A stretch of 63,993 nt of DNA from Welwitschia mirabilis. Taxonomy: Eukaryota. The position numbers were made by a program, and so were the translations under genes. Below are positions 38,596 to 52,420 of the stretch, in pieces; positions within the stretch are counted from its first letter, which is position 1, and each line of letters starts with the position of its first letter. Under the pieces are notes generated by a model, which saw nothing but the letters and a program-made list of their open reading frames with translations, made no database searches and had not been told where the DNA came from. The stretch covers positions 22,447,026-22,511,018 of the forward strand of contig JBOZIK010000001.1 in the NCBI GenBank assembly GCA_051453625.1, in the 5' to 3' direction.

Positions 38596-40477
38596 TAAAC
38601 TTCCTAAGTTATTAATTAATGAAAAGTTAAATATCATACAAGTTTACTAATAGAATGACCTTATGCAGGATTCAAAAGGATGGCCCTAAAATTGATCATC
38701 AAAGAATATTGATGAAGGTATAAAAGACATGAAGAAAAAAAGTAGGAAATGAGTTTTAAGTACTTAAAAAGCAGAAAAACATCAAGTAGTCAACCAACAT
38801 TCTTCATGGGGTTAACCATATTTTGAAAAAACATAGAGAAGAGCATCAAGTAATTTATCAAATATCTTTAAGGAGTTAAATGTTTATTATCAATGTGAAC
38901 CAAAATCCTCAAGCGATTGGCTTGTAGCATTAAGGGATTAATTATTCATAAGGTCAATTAATTCCATCTTGAGGTCAATTATCCAAAGCATTTTCTAGGA
39001 ATGTAACAAGTTTGGTTACTAGATCCTCAAAGGAATCCATTACTACTCTAGTCATTAATCAAAATATAGCTATTTAAGACTATTGAAAATAGTTGAAAGT
39101 TGTTTTGGAATGCTAACCAATCATTCTGAGGCTTTCAATAGTTATCTTACTCATCATGAATGTCATTAATAGTTATATTTAGTATATTGTAAATAGGAAA
39201 GCTATTATAATTTAAATACCTTTTGATCTTCTTAATAACTTGAAAAAACACACTATTACTCACTCTCTATCTTTTTTAATCATCAAAAAATTGATTTTTA
39301 TTGTAATTAAGCTATTTTAATGATTCTGACTAATAATTATAGAAAAATATTGATTATATTGCTTGAGGACTACCACAAAGTTTGGTGGAGTGTGGTTAGA
39401 GGCTACACTAGTAATAAAGGATAACAGACTTGTTTTCTTTACTTTGTGTCTTCTTAGTTTATTAGTTGATTAAATTATTATGGTAAATTAATTTATTTAA
39501 AATTAATTATATGAATTATCATCTAAATTAAAGTGGCAATAATAATTGATCACATTTGATGGTAGTATTTATTGTGAAAACTTAGTATTAGAGATCCGAT
39601 TTAATCCTTTCTTCTAGGATAGCTAGTTCTAGTAATTGGTATTAAAGCTTTGGTATAGGTATTTTTCTATTATTTAATTATTTAACAAGTATTTAAAAAT
39701 AGAAGATCAACCAACCAATTGTCCTTCTTACTTTAAAAATGACAACTATGAGATTTGAAAAACAAGGATGTAAGTATTCATTAAAGCAATTAGCTTTGAC
39801 TAATAAACACTTATAGAAGAAGGATTTCATCCTTCTATGAAAGCATAAGAAATTGATGGAGTGGAAACATTTATGATCAAAACAAGGAGAATATGAGATG
39901 ATGCTGATAAAGATAAGGCTATGCTCAAGAAGCCATAAATGACATAATCTATAGTTTCAATATGGAAGACTATAAAAAGGTAAGGAACTTTATCACTACT
40001 AAAGAGATTTGAAATTATTTATAAATGATATATAAAGGAATAAGTTAGATAAAAAATAAAAGAAAACAAATTTTTATGAATCAATTTTAGAAAATTCAAA
40101 TGTAAGAAGATCAAATTTTTACATATTTCAACAACAAATTCATGAAAATTCTCAATAGACTTTGGGTCTTATACAACTTCTCAAGACAAGCTAAATTACT
40201 AAGAAGGTCTTAATGTCTCTTCTAAAAACATATGATAATAAGATATGAAGATATAAAAGACTGAGAAGATCAAGCTAGAGGAGTTAGTAAGTGATATCTT
40301 AACCTTTGAATTACATCATATCAAAAAATGTAATGAATGTTAAATTATGACTCTTAATTCAAATCAAGTACCTTCTTCAAAAACTAGAGATAATGATTCT
40401 TCTAGTTAAACTTCCAATTCTAATTTTGATGAAGAACTAGCTTTATTTACTAGAAAATCCAAGAAGATATTAACAAG
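38596..40477 (+). mobile_element. Truncated family-B copia, copy 2: LTR ~38596-39634, PBS 39637-39648, partial gag
   Basis: Diverged duplicate of 34600-36525 with the same gag truncation point. Confidence 0.88.
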
Positions 40478-41951
40478 TATTTAACAAAATGATCTAAGCT
40501 TACTTCTTTAAACTTTTTTATATTTTTTGATAATGTTAATATGAAACAACTATTTAGTTTAGCATGTTTAGTAAAACTAAAATTGAAAAAATGATGGATT
40601 TTTTAATAGTTTTGTTATGTTAACATATAATTTAATAGGCTTAAATGATTCCAAATCATGTTATTTTAAATTATACCTATTACTTAACCTTCCCTAATAA
40701 CATTATAATACATAAACTAATAGAGGAAAAAAATGAAAAGAATAATAGAAAAAAAGAATGTCATTAGAATTAAAAAAAAAGTAGCCATAATAGACTTTTA
40801 GGAAGCGGGAAGGGTAGGAGAATGGAACTTCAATGGAGCCTAGCTTCATGTCCAACTAAAAAAAAAAAAGTTGAAAAAATGGATAAGATAAGAATTACCT
40901 TTTGATCTTTTTATAGATTTAATTCACATATTTATCATGAAATTTCAAACATGATTTTGAAAATTTTATGTAGTTTCTTTATTTAATTTGATAAGTTTAT
41001 TTATTGCCAAATCTAACTAAGCATGCTTTATAGATTTTGAAAGTTATACATTATCAGTACATATCTATGTCATTTATTTAAAAAACAACAATTGGAATGA
41101 TGACACTATTTTGTTTAATAGGACTAAGAATTAAGAAGAAGGAAAGTGTATGTTCATGTTTCATCATAAAGGAAAATGTGGATTCTCATTTTATTTTAGC
41201 CTTTTGATTTATGATGAGGCTATTGTGTAACTTGTTTAAGCATGTATTTTACATCATAAAATAATCTTAGGTATCGTAACTAGTGAATACAAGAGATTAG
41301 AGAGTAGAAGAATACTTGAGAAATAGAAAGAAATTGAAAATTCTTTGAAAATAAGTTAGAATACAAAAATAAGATAAACTATAATGTAACTAATTAAATA
41401 ATCCAAGTTAGTACCACACTTTAGTTGGTTATCACCTAATTAGTCTCATATAATTTACCAATATTATATTAATTACTAATCAACTTTAACTAATATAAAA
41501 TTTGAGAATTAGAATATCAGATATTTTATTAAGTTAATTACATGTAAAAAAAACTTACATTAAGGGATTTAATGGCTTTTTAAATCCTCCCCTCTTTGTC
41601 ACATCATTTAGTAGTGTATTCACCAACCTTAGTAAGGACATTCCTCTAACTTTTATAGCTTGCAAAAACATTGGAAAGTTAAGAGAGTTAATTATGCAAG
41701 AATTAATTTTATTGCTACTTATGTTAATGGAAGATGGCATGTGGTGATAGTTTTATTCTACAATAATAGAGGCATCACTAGATGATGTTAATGAATGATG
41801 ATATGTGGTATAGTTTTTGCCTATAATAGAACAAGTTATTACTACATAGTCATTACAATGTTGAAAATTAAAAATAAACTTGACTATTTTTCTATTATCA
41901 TTAAATCATTATCCCAACAATGGAATATGACAATGATCTTATAAATAAGCT

Positions 41952-43248
41952 TCCTTAACTTGTAGTACAATGAACTGGATTTAAGTTAAGTTTTGACTTA
42001 GCTATCGTTCTTCCTTAGGGATAACATTGGTATTGGTTAGAATTGTATTAAATTTAATCTTAATGCAAGTTTAAAAAAAAAAAATAAAGGAAAATGATGA
42101 AGTTTAAAGTAGATCTTAAAATTTGTCTTAAAGAAGAGAAGCAAATTAGCTTTAAGATATCACTAATTTATCTAGGTGATCCTTCACTCTAATGTTGTCT
42201 AAGTGCCTTCTTGCAAAACAACAAAAGCCATCAAGTGTTTTTGATTTAATTCATGGGGCATAATAGCATTTAACATATGAAAAATGATGAATACAACTAA
42301 AAAATTAGTCTTAAATAACAATAGAAAGTAAGGACTCTTAAGTACTCAAGTTCTATAAAATTAAAAGAATAAGTGATAAAGAGGAATTCACATAACTTAA
42401 ATAAACTTGATAGTTAAAGAAGTTATTAAGATCATAGAAAAACAACTTTTGTATTACAAAAAAGAAAATAACTTTACATCAAAGGGAAAAAAGAAGTAGG
42501 AAGAACTCCTCAGAAATCCTCAAATACTAGCTCACTTCCCTAAAGAATCACTTAGAAAGCCATCATAAGTTGATGTGTCAAAGTTATATAAATCTTTAAG
42601 CCAAAGATAAATACAATGAAGGGTTAAGGCCCTTTTATAGAGAGAGATGGGGCTAAAGGATGGTTACAAGATCTTGGCTTATAGCATTAGGTAGAATCTT
42701 CATTATTTAGTGGCAAGTACATAATATTTTGTCTTATAGCATTTGGTGGAGGTTATCTTATAGCATTAAATTAATAAGAGGTCATCCTCTAGCATTAGGA
42801 AGAATCTTCATTATTTAGTACTTGGTGAAGGTTGTATTATTGTTTTTGGTGGAGATTGTCACATAGCATTAGGTGGAATCTTCGTTATGATGAGCTCAAC
42901 ATGCGGCCTTTAGAGCTAGATTCCTCTACCAACTAGTGCTATTGCTACATGTCTTCAATGCAACCTCCACATGCCTTTGCCACATGTCTTCAAATTCTTT
43001 TGTTATGTATCACCACATCATATCTCCACTACCACCATTGTTTTATGTGGAATTATGCCATCTTCCATAACGTATTCCAAAACATGATTAAAGATCTATA
43101 ATTAATATAGAGAAAAGCATAATATTCAATTTTATTTTAGAAATAATAGAAGACATATTTTGTAATAAAAAAAATTAAGTTAATGACTTCATTTATAATA
43201 AATTGGCTTGAAACTCTTGATATTAATGTTAATTTTCACATGTTAACA
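41952..43248 (-). repeat. 3' LTR of element E
   Basis: Colinear with 51097-52420; preceded on the minus strand by PPT AGTTAGAGGGTG. Confidence 0.9.
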
Positions 43249-44639
43249 CACCCTCTAACTAGTCTTTTACTAGTGCCTTAGCAAAAAATCAATGATGAAA
43301 TGGTTGGACATGAAAAAATGATCTAAGTCAAAAGCACTTCGATTATGTGAATAATAACTTAAAAAATTTTATGTGTTTAAGGAATTAAAGTAAAAAATTT
43401 AGTAAAAATCAAGTGAAAATTGAGATTTCATATCCCTAATCAAAACTCAACTTTATCCTAAAACTTTATGGTGAAAATATTAAGTTTTTTAAGAAAATAG
43501 GTGTAGAAAGATCATGAAGAGATCTTTTATTGAAAATAATGTAAATTATACTAGTGAAAAAGGTAATTTATTTACAACCACCTATTTACTAAGTGGAAAA
43601 ACTATCCATAAAAATAGTTAATGCCTTAGGATTTATTTCTCATGAAAATGATATGAAGTGGAATGTAGTGAAGTGACGTAAGGTAAATGAGATGAAACAT
43701 GCATAAAGTAAGTAAAAATAGAAACCAATAAATAAGCGAGTGAACTATCCTAAGTGATTAGCCCTTTATTATATTTTTGTATTTTTAGTTAACAGTGATA
43801 TCAACTAAGCTAGATTTTCATCAAGTAACTTATATGAATTAAAGAAATTAATGTAAATCCTAAGTAGGAAAGTTAAAAGACAACCTTTTACATAAAAAAT
43901 CTAATTTCCATATTTTCATTCCTTTATTTTTCTATTTCTACCTTATCATATATCCTTAGTGTTATGCCTTTATAGCACATTGAGTATCTAGTACTACAAC
44001 ATTTTTTGCTAATAGAGTTAAGCATGTTGTATTATGTAAAAATTAGTGTTGCATTGCTAGTGAGCATTTATAGCCCTAATGTAGTTAAATATATCATAAT
44101 TAAATCATGAAATCTGCATTATTAATAGACGTCCCTAGCCCTCGTGTAGTTAACTAAGCCCAACTAAGTAATTAATGTTATGTGCTTTTAGAGAAGAGAT
44201 ATATTATTTTTTGTTTTTCAGCTTCTCATAGTCATTTTTTATGTACTTTTAGAGGCTTGTTGTTCTTTTAGCCTAGTCAAGACAAATCTTGTCACCATTA
44301 AAGGCTTTNNNNNNNNNNTTACTTAAAAAGGATATGCAAAGGTAAATCCTACCTTTTCAACCAAGTTTTACCAAAACCGAAGACCCTAAGCAAATGTGTT
44401 CTTAATTAACCTACTAGAAATAAGCATTCTTTTTCCTTAAAAACCCACAAATAAACTTGATCTTAACCATTACTTAGGTAATAACATAATCGCCTATTAT
44501 TAATTTTTGTTTTAATGGCTTTTAACCTAGATTAGTAAGTCTTAAGAACTAATGAGTTGATCATTTGGGTTGATGGTTTATGGGTTTAATGGAGTGATTT
44601 AATAATGGATCTAGTGAATGATAAGGTTTGAAAGGGTGA

Positions 44640-47600
44640 TGAGATGAGTGATAATGTTTTAGGTGGTGTCTATTGACTTTAAGGAGATGACTGTTTTCGG
44701 GATTTATAATGAGAATAACACTGTGTAAAAAACCCTTTTTTATTAAGAAGGGTTCTTTCCACTTAGCTACTAGTTTGCCGAGAAAAAGATGTAAGCTATG
44801 TTATACAACAAGACTAGTTCTTCCTTCTGAAAAGTTTTTCTAAAAATATGTTGATCATGGAACCTATTCATCCTATACTTATTTATTCTTATGTTGCCAT
44901 AGGTGTTATTTCTATTTTTATTTAGTTCGTTAAGTTACATGACCCTATTTTTTTTTGCAATTTCTAAGTCTAAGTTCATATTCTTGATTATTCAGTAAGC
45001 CCTATTATAGTATGGTATGCCCATAAGACATTGTTAAATTTGAAAGACTAGTTCTTGCATGTTGAGTTTACTACTTTTTAAAATATTTTCTTAAGTTTCC
45101 TATTCATAACCTTAACTTGACCACTTATTTATAGGTGATCAGGTATTTCAAATTTATGTGTAACCTTGTATTTAGTGATAAGGATGTTAAATATTTAATT
45201 ATAAAAGTCTATTCCTCCATCACTAATTAAAACACATGAATAGTCAAAATGAGTTAAGACATTTTCTTTAAAGAATCTAACTACTATTTTAGCATAATTT
45301 ATTTGACAAAAAAATGTTTCAATCCATTTAGTTACATAGTCAACATAAATAAGGATGTATTAATGCCCATTAGATGATGGATAAGGGCCTTAGAAATTAA
45401 TTCCCTATATGTCAAAAGTTTCAATAGTAAGGATGAGATTTAAAGGCATCATTTGCNNNNNNNNNNNNNNNNNNNNNNNNNNNNNNNNNNNNNNNNNNNN
45501 NNNNNNNNNNNNNNNNNNNNNNNNNNNNNNNNNNNNNNNNNNNNNNNNNNNNNNNNTTCCTATATGTCAAAAGGTTCAATAGTAAGGATGAGATTTAAAG
45601 GCATCATTTGCCTTCATGAAAGACTCCCTAACCTTTGAAATTTACGTCTTGATTTACAATAAAGATATAAGTTTTTAAAAATTAATGGTTATTAAAAACT
45701 AGATTGTAGGATTTTTGTTGCAGTTTTGTTAGATAATTAGTGACTCCCATAGGCTTCAAAATGGTAATGTTTAAGTATATTATGAATGTTAGTTTGAGGG
45801 ATACATTTGTAAAAGACCTAGTCTAGGTAGTATTTTAAAAGGTTTGGGTTATCCTATAAAAAATATTTAACTTAACTCAAGAATATATTCTTATTATTAA
45901 TGGTCTAATAGGAAGGAATAGTTTTGAAGACTAAGTAATTAGTAATATTTGCAAGCTAAGCTATTTCTTTAACTGAAAAGAATGTGCATTTAGAAAAGTA
46001 TTATTAATNNNNNNNNNNNNNNNNNNNNNNNNNNNNNNNNNNNNNNNNNNNNNNNNNNNNNNNNNNNNNNNNNNNNNNNNNNNNNNNNNNNNNNNNNNNN
46101 NNNNNNNNTTCAGAATTGTAATTTTTAAGTATATTATGAATGTTAGTTTGAGGGATACATTTGTAAATGACCTAGTATAGGTAGTATTTGAAAAAGTTTG
46201 GGTTATCCTATAAAAAATATTTAACTTATCTCAAGAATATATTCTTATTATTAATGGTTTAATAGGAAGGAATAGTTTTGAAGACTAAGTAATTAGTAAT
46301 ATCTGCAAGCCAAGCTATTTCTTTAACTGACAAGAATGTGCATCTAAAAAAGTACTATTAATAGATAAATATGTTTGTAGATTATTTAGAGATATGCATG
46401 AAAGATGATCTGCTACAATAATGATCAATCCTTGCTCATTCTTAATCTCTAAATCAAATTGTTGAAGGAGGAGAATCCATTTAATAATATGTGGTTTCTA
46501 ATTATTTTTGTCAAAAAGGTATTTAAGGGATGATTGATTAGTGTAAATGATTATCTTAGATCCTAAAAGTATTGCCTAAATTTTTCAAGGAAAAAGACAA
46601 TAACTAGAAGCTCTGTCTCTATGATGGTGTAACTGATTTAAGGTTTTTACTAGCATAGTAAATCATAGTTAGCTTTTTTATAACTCTTTATTCTAAAATA
46701 GCTTCCATTATGAAATCACTTGCATCACACATAAGTTTAAAAAGTAAATTTCAATTGGATGGTTTGATAATGGGTGTGGAAGTTAGTTTTTCTTTAGTTA
46801 TTCAAATTTGTTTTAACACTCTAGAGTTTACTCGAAGAAGGTGTCCTTACTCAAAAAATCACATAAAGATCTAGAGATTTTACTAAAGTTCTCGATGGAT
46901 TACCCATAATATTCTTTATTACCTAAGAAGGATCTATGATATTTTCCTTTTTAGTGGGTTGATAGATATGTGATTAAGGAGACCTTAGTTGGATCTACCT
47001 GAATTTCTTCCTTAGAGATTACATGTTCTAAAACTATGCCTTGATTTACCATATCTTTTGAGGACACGTTCTAAGTTATTTATATAGTGGTCAAATGAGG
47101 TTGCCTAAACTGAGAATTCATCCATGAAGATTTCAACACTTGAATCTAATAAGTTAGACAAGATTTAGAACATGCAACAATATAAAGTAATAAGTGCATT
47201 ACATACGATAAAGGACATTCATTTATATGTAAACATTTCATAGGAACAAGTAAAGATGTTTTTGTTTTAATATTTAGAAGCAATTTTAATATAATTATAA
47301 CATCATTAATCATCTAAGAAATAGCAAAAAGGATGTCCTGTGAGATATTCTAAAATTTGATTTGGGAAATGAAGAGGGTAATGATCCTTTCTAAACATAG
47401 CATTTAATTTCCTATAATTAATACAACTCCTCCATTTTATAGTAGGTTTGATAGGGATAAGCTCATTTTGCTTGTTAGGGATAAGGCTAATTCTTGATTT
47501 CTTCACTATAGTATGAATTGGACTTATCCACATGCTATTTGAAATAGGATAGATAATTCATTACTGAAAATTTTAATTACCTCATTATTAACTATTTTAC

Positions 47601-48620
47601 TTATAGTTGGATTTATTCTTCATTGTGCTTTAATTGATACTTTACCATTTCCTATAAACAGATGTGGTACATGTAGATACTTGGGTTAATACCTTTAATT
47701 TTAGAGAGCATCAATCGTATTTCATGTTTGTTCTTTCTTAAGAGTCTACACACTTGGTATTCTTTGAATGGACTCAAGGAAGGGTTTATAACTATCAGAA
47801 AGGTGGAGTTATTCCCTAAGAAAACATATTTTAGATTATTAGACAAGTGTTTGAGTTCTAAGTCAACTTCATTTAGGGTTATGAGGCATGTTTCTTGAGA
47901 GCATTCTATTTAATCATTTTTAGAATAAGTGGATTCATGATTCTCAGTAAGGATTTTTATCCTATCCACATACTCTACCCCTTCGTCATTTAATAGTATC
48001 TTCATAGCATTAAAGACATTTAGCTCTATGGTTATGTTGCCAAATGAAATTTTCATTAATTCATTTTTGCAATTGATTAAGGCATTTTAGGTTGCTAAGA
48101 ATGGTCTTCCTAATATGACAAGCACTATTTGCTTTGATGAATTCTTCATGTCCAAGAGCACAAAATCTACTAGGAAGTACCAACTATCCACTCTAACTAT
48201 AATGTCTTTGATGACTCCTAATGGTGTTTTAATAGAGTTGTCCACTAATTGGAATTGGATTTCATGTTTTTTAGTCCTTTTAAGCCTAACTGCTTATAAA
48301 GGAAGCAAGTTTACATTGGCTTCTAAGTCCAATAAGGCTTGATTAATTGTTTTGTTGCCTATGATAATGGTAATTGTGGGGCATCTAAGATCTTTGTACT
48401 TTGGTTGGAATTGGTTTTGGAGAATCACACTCATTTTTGAAGCTGAAAATAATTTACATTTAATGTTTATTTTCCTCTTTACAATGCATAAATCTTTAAG
48501 GAATTTAGCACAAGAAGGGACTTATTTGATGGCTTTTAACAAGAGAATGTTTATCTTCACTTCTTTGAAAATTTCTAGGGCCTCTAATTACTTTTTCATG
48601 ATTTTGTCCTTTCTAACCTA
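44640..48620 (-). pseudogene. pol: pol remnant of element E (PR, RT, RNase H, IN)
   Basis: ALLDLEANVNLLP and ILGRPFLAT (PR); WISPIHTIVKKS...WRSCINYRKLN...KDHYPL and VEIFMDEFSV (RT); LMCDASDF and KWILLLQQFDLEI (RH); YVDYVTKWIE, LISDGG, FHDQHI...KVNRHHLKHY (IN). Confidence 0.95.
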
Positions 48621-48699
48621 TTGAGGAAAAGGAAATGGTTTGTTGTAAATAGACAAAGGGTTTTCACTCTTATCCTTTTCTTTATACTCTATGGGGATT

Positions 48700-50110
48700 A
48701 GTTTATCCTTAGGCTTATTTTATATGGGTAGATTTTCTAGCTCTTTTCCACTTCTAAGGTGTGCAAACTTGATCTCTTCTAGGTGTTTTATCCCTTTCAT
48801 GAATCTAACTCCTTTTGAGTTTGGTTGGATACTCATAGGGAGTTTTACTATTTTTCTTTGATTTATGGATGAAAGAATATAGAGGTGTTTTGTTAGAGTT
48901 GGTTTATGCTCTATTTAAGCCTTTGATTTATTTGTTTTATTCCTTTATTTGTCTACTCTTATCTTTGATTTATTTGAATTTATGTTTTCATAAACCTTTT
49001 GAGGTATTCTTCAATGCACTAGACGAAGTGGTTTAATAGTTTAAAAATGAAGGGTAATAATCAGAAGATGAGAGGAATGAATTATTAGGCTAGAAATTTT
49101 GTTATGAGGTTTTATCTTGCTTCTAAGAGAAATATGAATGATTTTACTAATCAGGAGTATAAGTATTTAAGTAAGGATTTGGTTTTGGGATTTTGCCAAT
49201 GTTCTACTTAATTTACCTAATCATTAACTATGTTTTATAATATAAGGATAGATGGGCATTTAGCAATTTCATAAGTGCTAATATGATAGATTATAAACAC
49301 TTGGATTTAGCAACTATAGGTAGGATTGAAGGTGAGGTGGTTAATGAATCTCACTTTCTCACTAGTTCCTTAATTTTACTATTCATCTCAAGTTTTCTAG
49401 GATTCTAAAGACACTAGTTAACACGTGATCTTACAGGTTACATGGATTTCTTTCAATTTTTCGAGCTTTTAGCTACAGTTTTCTAAATACTTCCAAACCT
49501 CATCCACGGGCATGCTCAGAAAATTACCATGACTCATCATTTTCACCAGTTGGTGGTTATTTGTGAACAATCCATTATAAAATAAACTTATCTTCCTATC
49601 TAGCTCAAACTCTTGTTGGAAGCATTTTAATAATAAATCTTTATATCTTTCTAAGATCTAAGAGAATGTTTTATGATCCTTCTAATCCTTCTATTGGAAG
49701 TTAATGATTTCTTTTCTAAGGGTATTTGTCTTATGACTAGAAAAGAATTTAGAGATGGAGAATTTGCTCAAATCCACTTAGTTTATACTTGAAAAGGATT
49801 TTAAAGTGTATAATCAGAATTTTGCCTTCTCTTTTAGGGAAAAGGGGAATAAGGTAGGTTTAAGTGCATCATAAACATTGGGGTACTGAGGGATGATTGA
49901 TAAGATGCATTTTCATTCCTTAAGATGTAGATATGGGTCTTCAAATTTAAGGCCATAAAAATGGAGTGAGAGTTGTATAGTAGAGGGTTTAAATTATAGC
50001 CTTTAGTTAATAGGTGATGGCATTATGCAAGAGGATGTTCCTAGGATTTTTTATTGGAGGTAATCGCAAAGGATTTTCCTAGGTTAATTAGCAATAGTAG
50101 TAAGGGTAGC
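48700..50110 (-). pseudogene. gag: gag remnant of element E
   Basis: LLHFYGLKFEDPYLHL; LFPFSLKEKAKF*LY; GNFLSMPVDEVWKYLE; HLRSGK. Confidence 0.9.
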
Positions 50111-51073
50111 TTGTCATTTGATCACTTCTTATATGAAACAATATGCTATTAACCTATTAAGCATTTCGTGGTTTGACAAAGTTTCATCAAAGGGATCAAG
50201 TGAGTCATTTACATTATGTTGTGTAAGGTAGTTTGATTATTTAGTTATTTTGTGTGGTCGAGGTCTGTTCTTGAAAGTCATCTTAAGCTTGATTTTGGGT
50301 TCTAAGTTCTCTCATCCTTTCATGATCAATAAAGAAGTCAATGTTATTTCAGTTAATCTTTATATTATATCATGAGTTTAGGTCATTTAAGAAATAGGTT
50401 CAAATGATTACAAGAAGATTCAAATAATAAATAAGAAAAATTTTTATGAATTGTAAGTCATGGAGGATTCCAAGGTTTTACAAACACATTTGTTAATCAT
50501 GTATAGAATGTTTACAATGTCAAGGTCATAACAAAATAAACATAGATAACAAATGTGAATAAAATCGAGCCCAATGTAATGAAATCATGAGAAAATTTTA
50601 AAGGTTTTAATTATTTTACAAATACAATGAAATAAAATAAAGATGATAAATATGAGTAAAATGTAAAATAATCATAAAATAAGTTTAAGAAAATTTTAAT
50701 GTTTTATCCACACCAAAAATATAGATATATAGAAAATACAACAAAAAATAAAAGCATGCAATGCAATCATACAGTTTGATTAAAATTTTTTAATGTTTTT
50801 AAAGTTATTAACTCTAAATCGACCTATAACAAATGTTAAACCTAGAGAAAACAATTTAGAAAATCAAAAACAAACTTTAAAAAGCTAGATTAGTTTGGAA
50901 TAACACTTAAAGGACTACTACAAAACATTAGAAACCACACAAAAGAAAGGAAAAATGGACTAGTTCAGGTATCATTAGAAAGGATGAGTATCCATCACTA
51001 AAGAAATAAAGTCTATGTATAATAACTAAAAAAAGGAAAACTAGTGCTCCTCTGAGTTGCTACTATGCCATTA

Positions 51074-51091
51074 TCCTTGACAATGACATCA
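51074..51091 (-). promoter_or_regulatory. PBS (tRNA-Asp type, decayed) of element E
   Basis: Minus strand TGATGTCATTGTCAAGGA versus TGGCGCCGTTGCCGGGGA. Confidence 0.75.
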
Positions 51092-51096
51092 AAATC

Positions 51097-52420
51097 TAAT
51101 TAACTTGCAGTATAATGTACTAGATTTAAGCTAAGTTTTCACTTAGCTATTGTTCTTTCTCAGGGATAACATTGGATATTGGCTAGAATTACAGTAATTT
51201 TAATCTTAATACAAGTTACAAAGTTAAAAAAAAAGAAAAATGATGAAGTTTATAGTAGAGTTTGAAATTCATCTTAGAAAGAAGGAAAACAAACCAGTAC
51301 CAAGGAATTGCTAATTTTTCTTAAGTAATCCTTCACTCTAATGGTGTTCAATTGCCTTCCTGTAAAACAGTAAAAATCATTAAGTGTTTTTTATTTAATT
51401 CATAGTATATAATCTCATCCACCATATGAAAATTGGTAAATCCAACTAACAACTTATTTTTAAATAATGATAGAAAGTAAGGACTCCTAGAGTACTCAAG
51501 ATCTATGAAATTAAAATACTAAGTGATAAAGAGGAATTCATATAACTTAAATAAACTTGATAGTTAAAGAAGTCACTTGAGCATCCTAATTATGATATTA
51601 CTCATAAATCAAGATGAAAGAAAAACAATGTTTACATTACAAAAATGGAATAACTTTATAGTGAAAGAAGAAAAAAGTAGGAATAACTCCTCAATAATCC
51701 TCAAAGACTAGCTCACTTTCTCCAAGAGTTTCCTAGAAAGCCATTACAAGTCAGTGCTCTAAAGTGCTACAATTTGCCAAGTCAAAGCAAAATACAACAA
51801 AGAGTTCAAGGCCCTTTTATAAGGATATATGGGAGTAAATTTGGTTACAAGCTCTTAGCTTATAGCATTAGTAGAATCTTCATCATTTAATAGTGGGTAC
51901 ATAAGATTTTGCCTTGTAACATTTGGTGGAGGTTGTTTTATAGTATTAAGTAGATAAGATTCTCTTGTCCAGTATTAGGTAGAATATTTATCATTTATTA
52001 TTTGATGGAGGTTTTCTTGTAGTATTTATTGGATATTATCACATACCATTAGGTGTAATCTTCATCATGATGAGTCCAACACATGGCCTTTAGAGCCGGA
52101 TTCATCTACCAACTAGTGCTATTGCCATATATCTCTAATGTCACTTCCACATGCCTCTACCACATGTCTTCAAATGCTTCTACTATGTATCAACAATGTA
52201 TATCTTCATTTCCATCATTATTTTGTAGAATTATGACCATCTTCCAGTATGTATTCCAAACTATGTCTAAAGATCTATAACTAATATGAAGAAAATCATT
52301 AATTTTATTTTAAAAACAATAGAAAATATACTTTATAATTAAAACAATTAAACTAATGTCTTTTTTAATAATAAATTTCTTGAAACACTTGATATAAATG
52401 TTAATTTTTACATATTCACA
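51097..52420 (-). repeat. 5' LTR of element E
   Basis: Colinear with 41952-43248; ends CA at 52420 on +. Confidence 0.9.

Larger units (their letters stand above)
41952..52420 (-). mobile_element. Element E: full-length decayed Athila-type Ty3/gypsy element (~10.5 kb)
   Basis: Two ~1.3 kb LTRs, PBS 51074-51091, PPT ~43249-43260, gag-PR-RT-RH-IN order, TSD aagct/aaggt. Confidence 0.94.

Noticed and set aside
42675..42885. Spaced short repeats resembling a CRISPR array (also 6600-6935)
   Set aside because: Degenerate, irregularly spaced, duplicated in paired LTRs, eukaryotic context and no cas genes.
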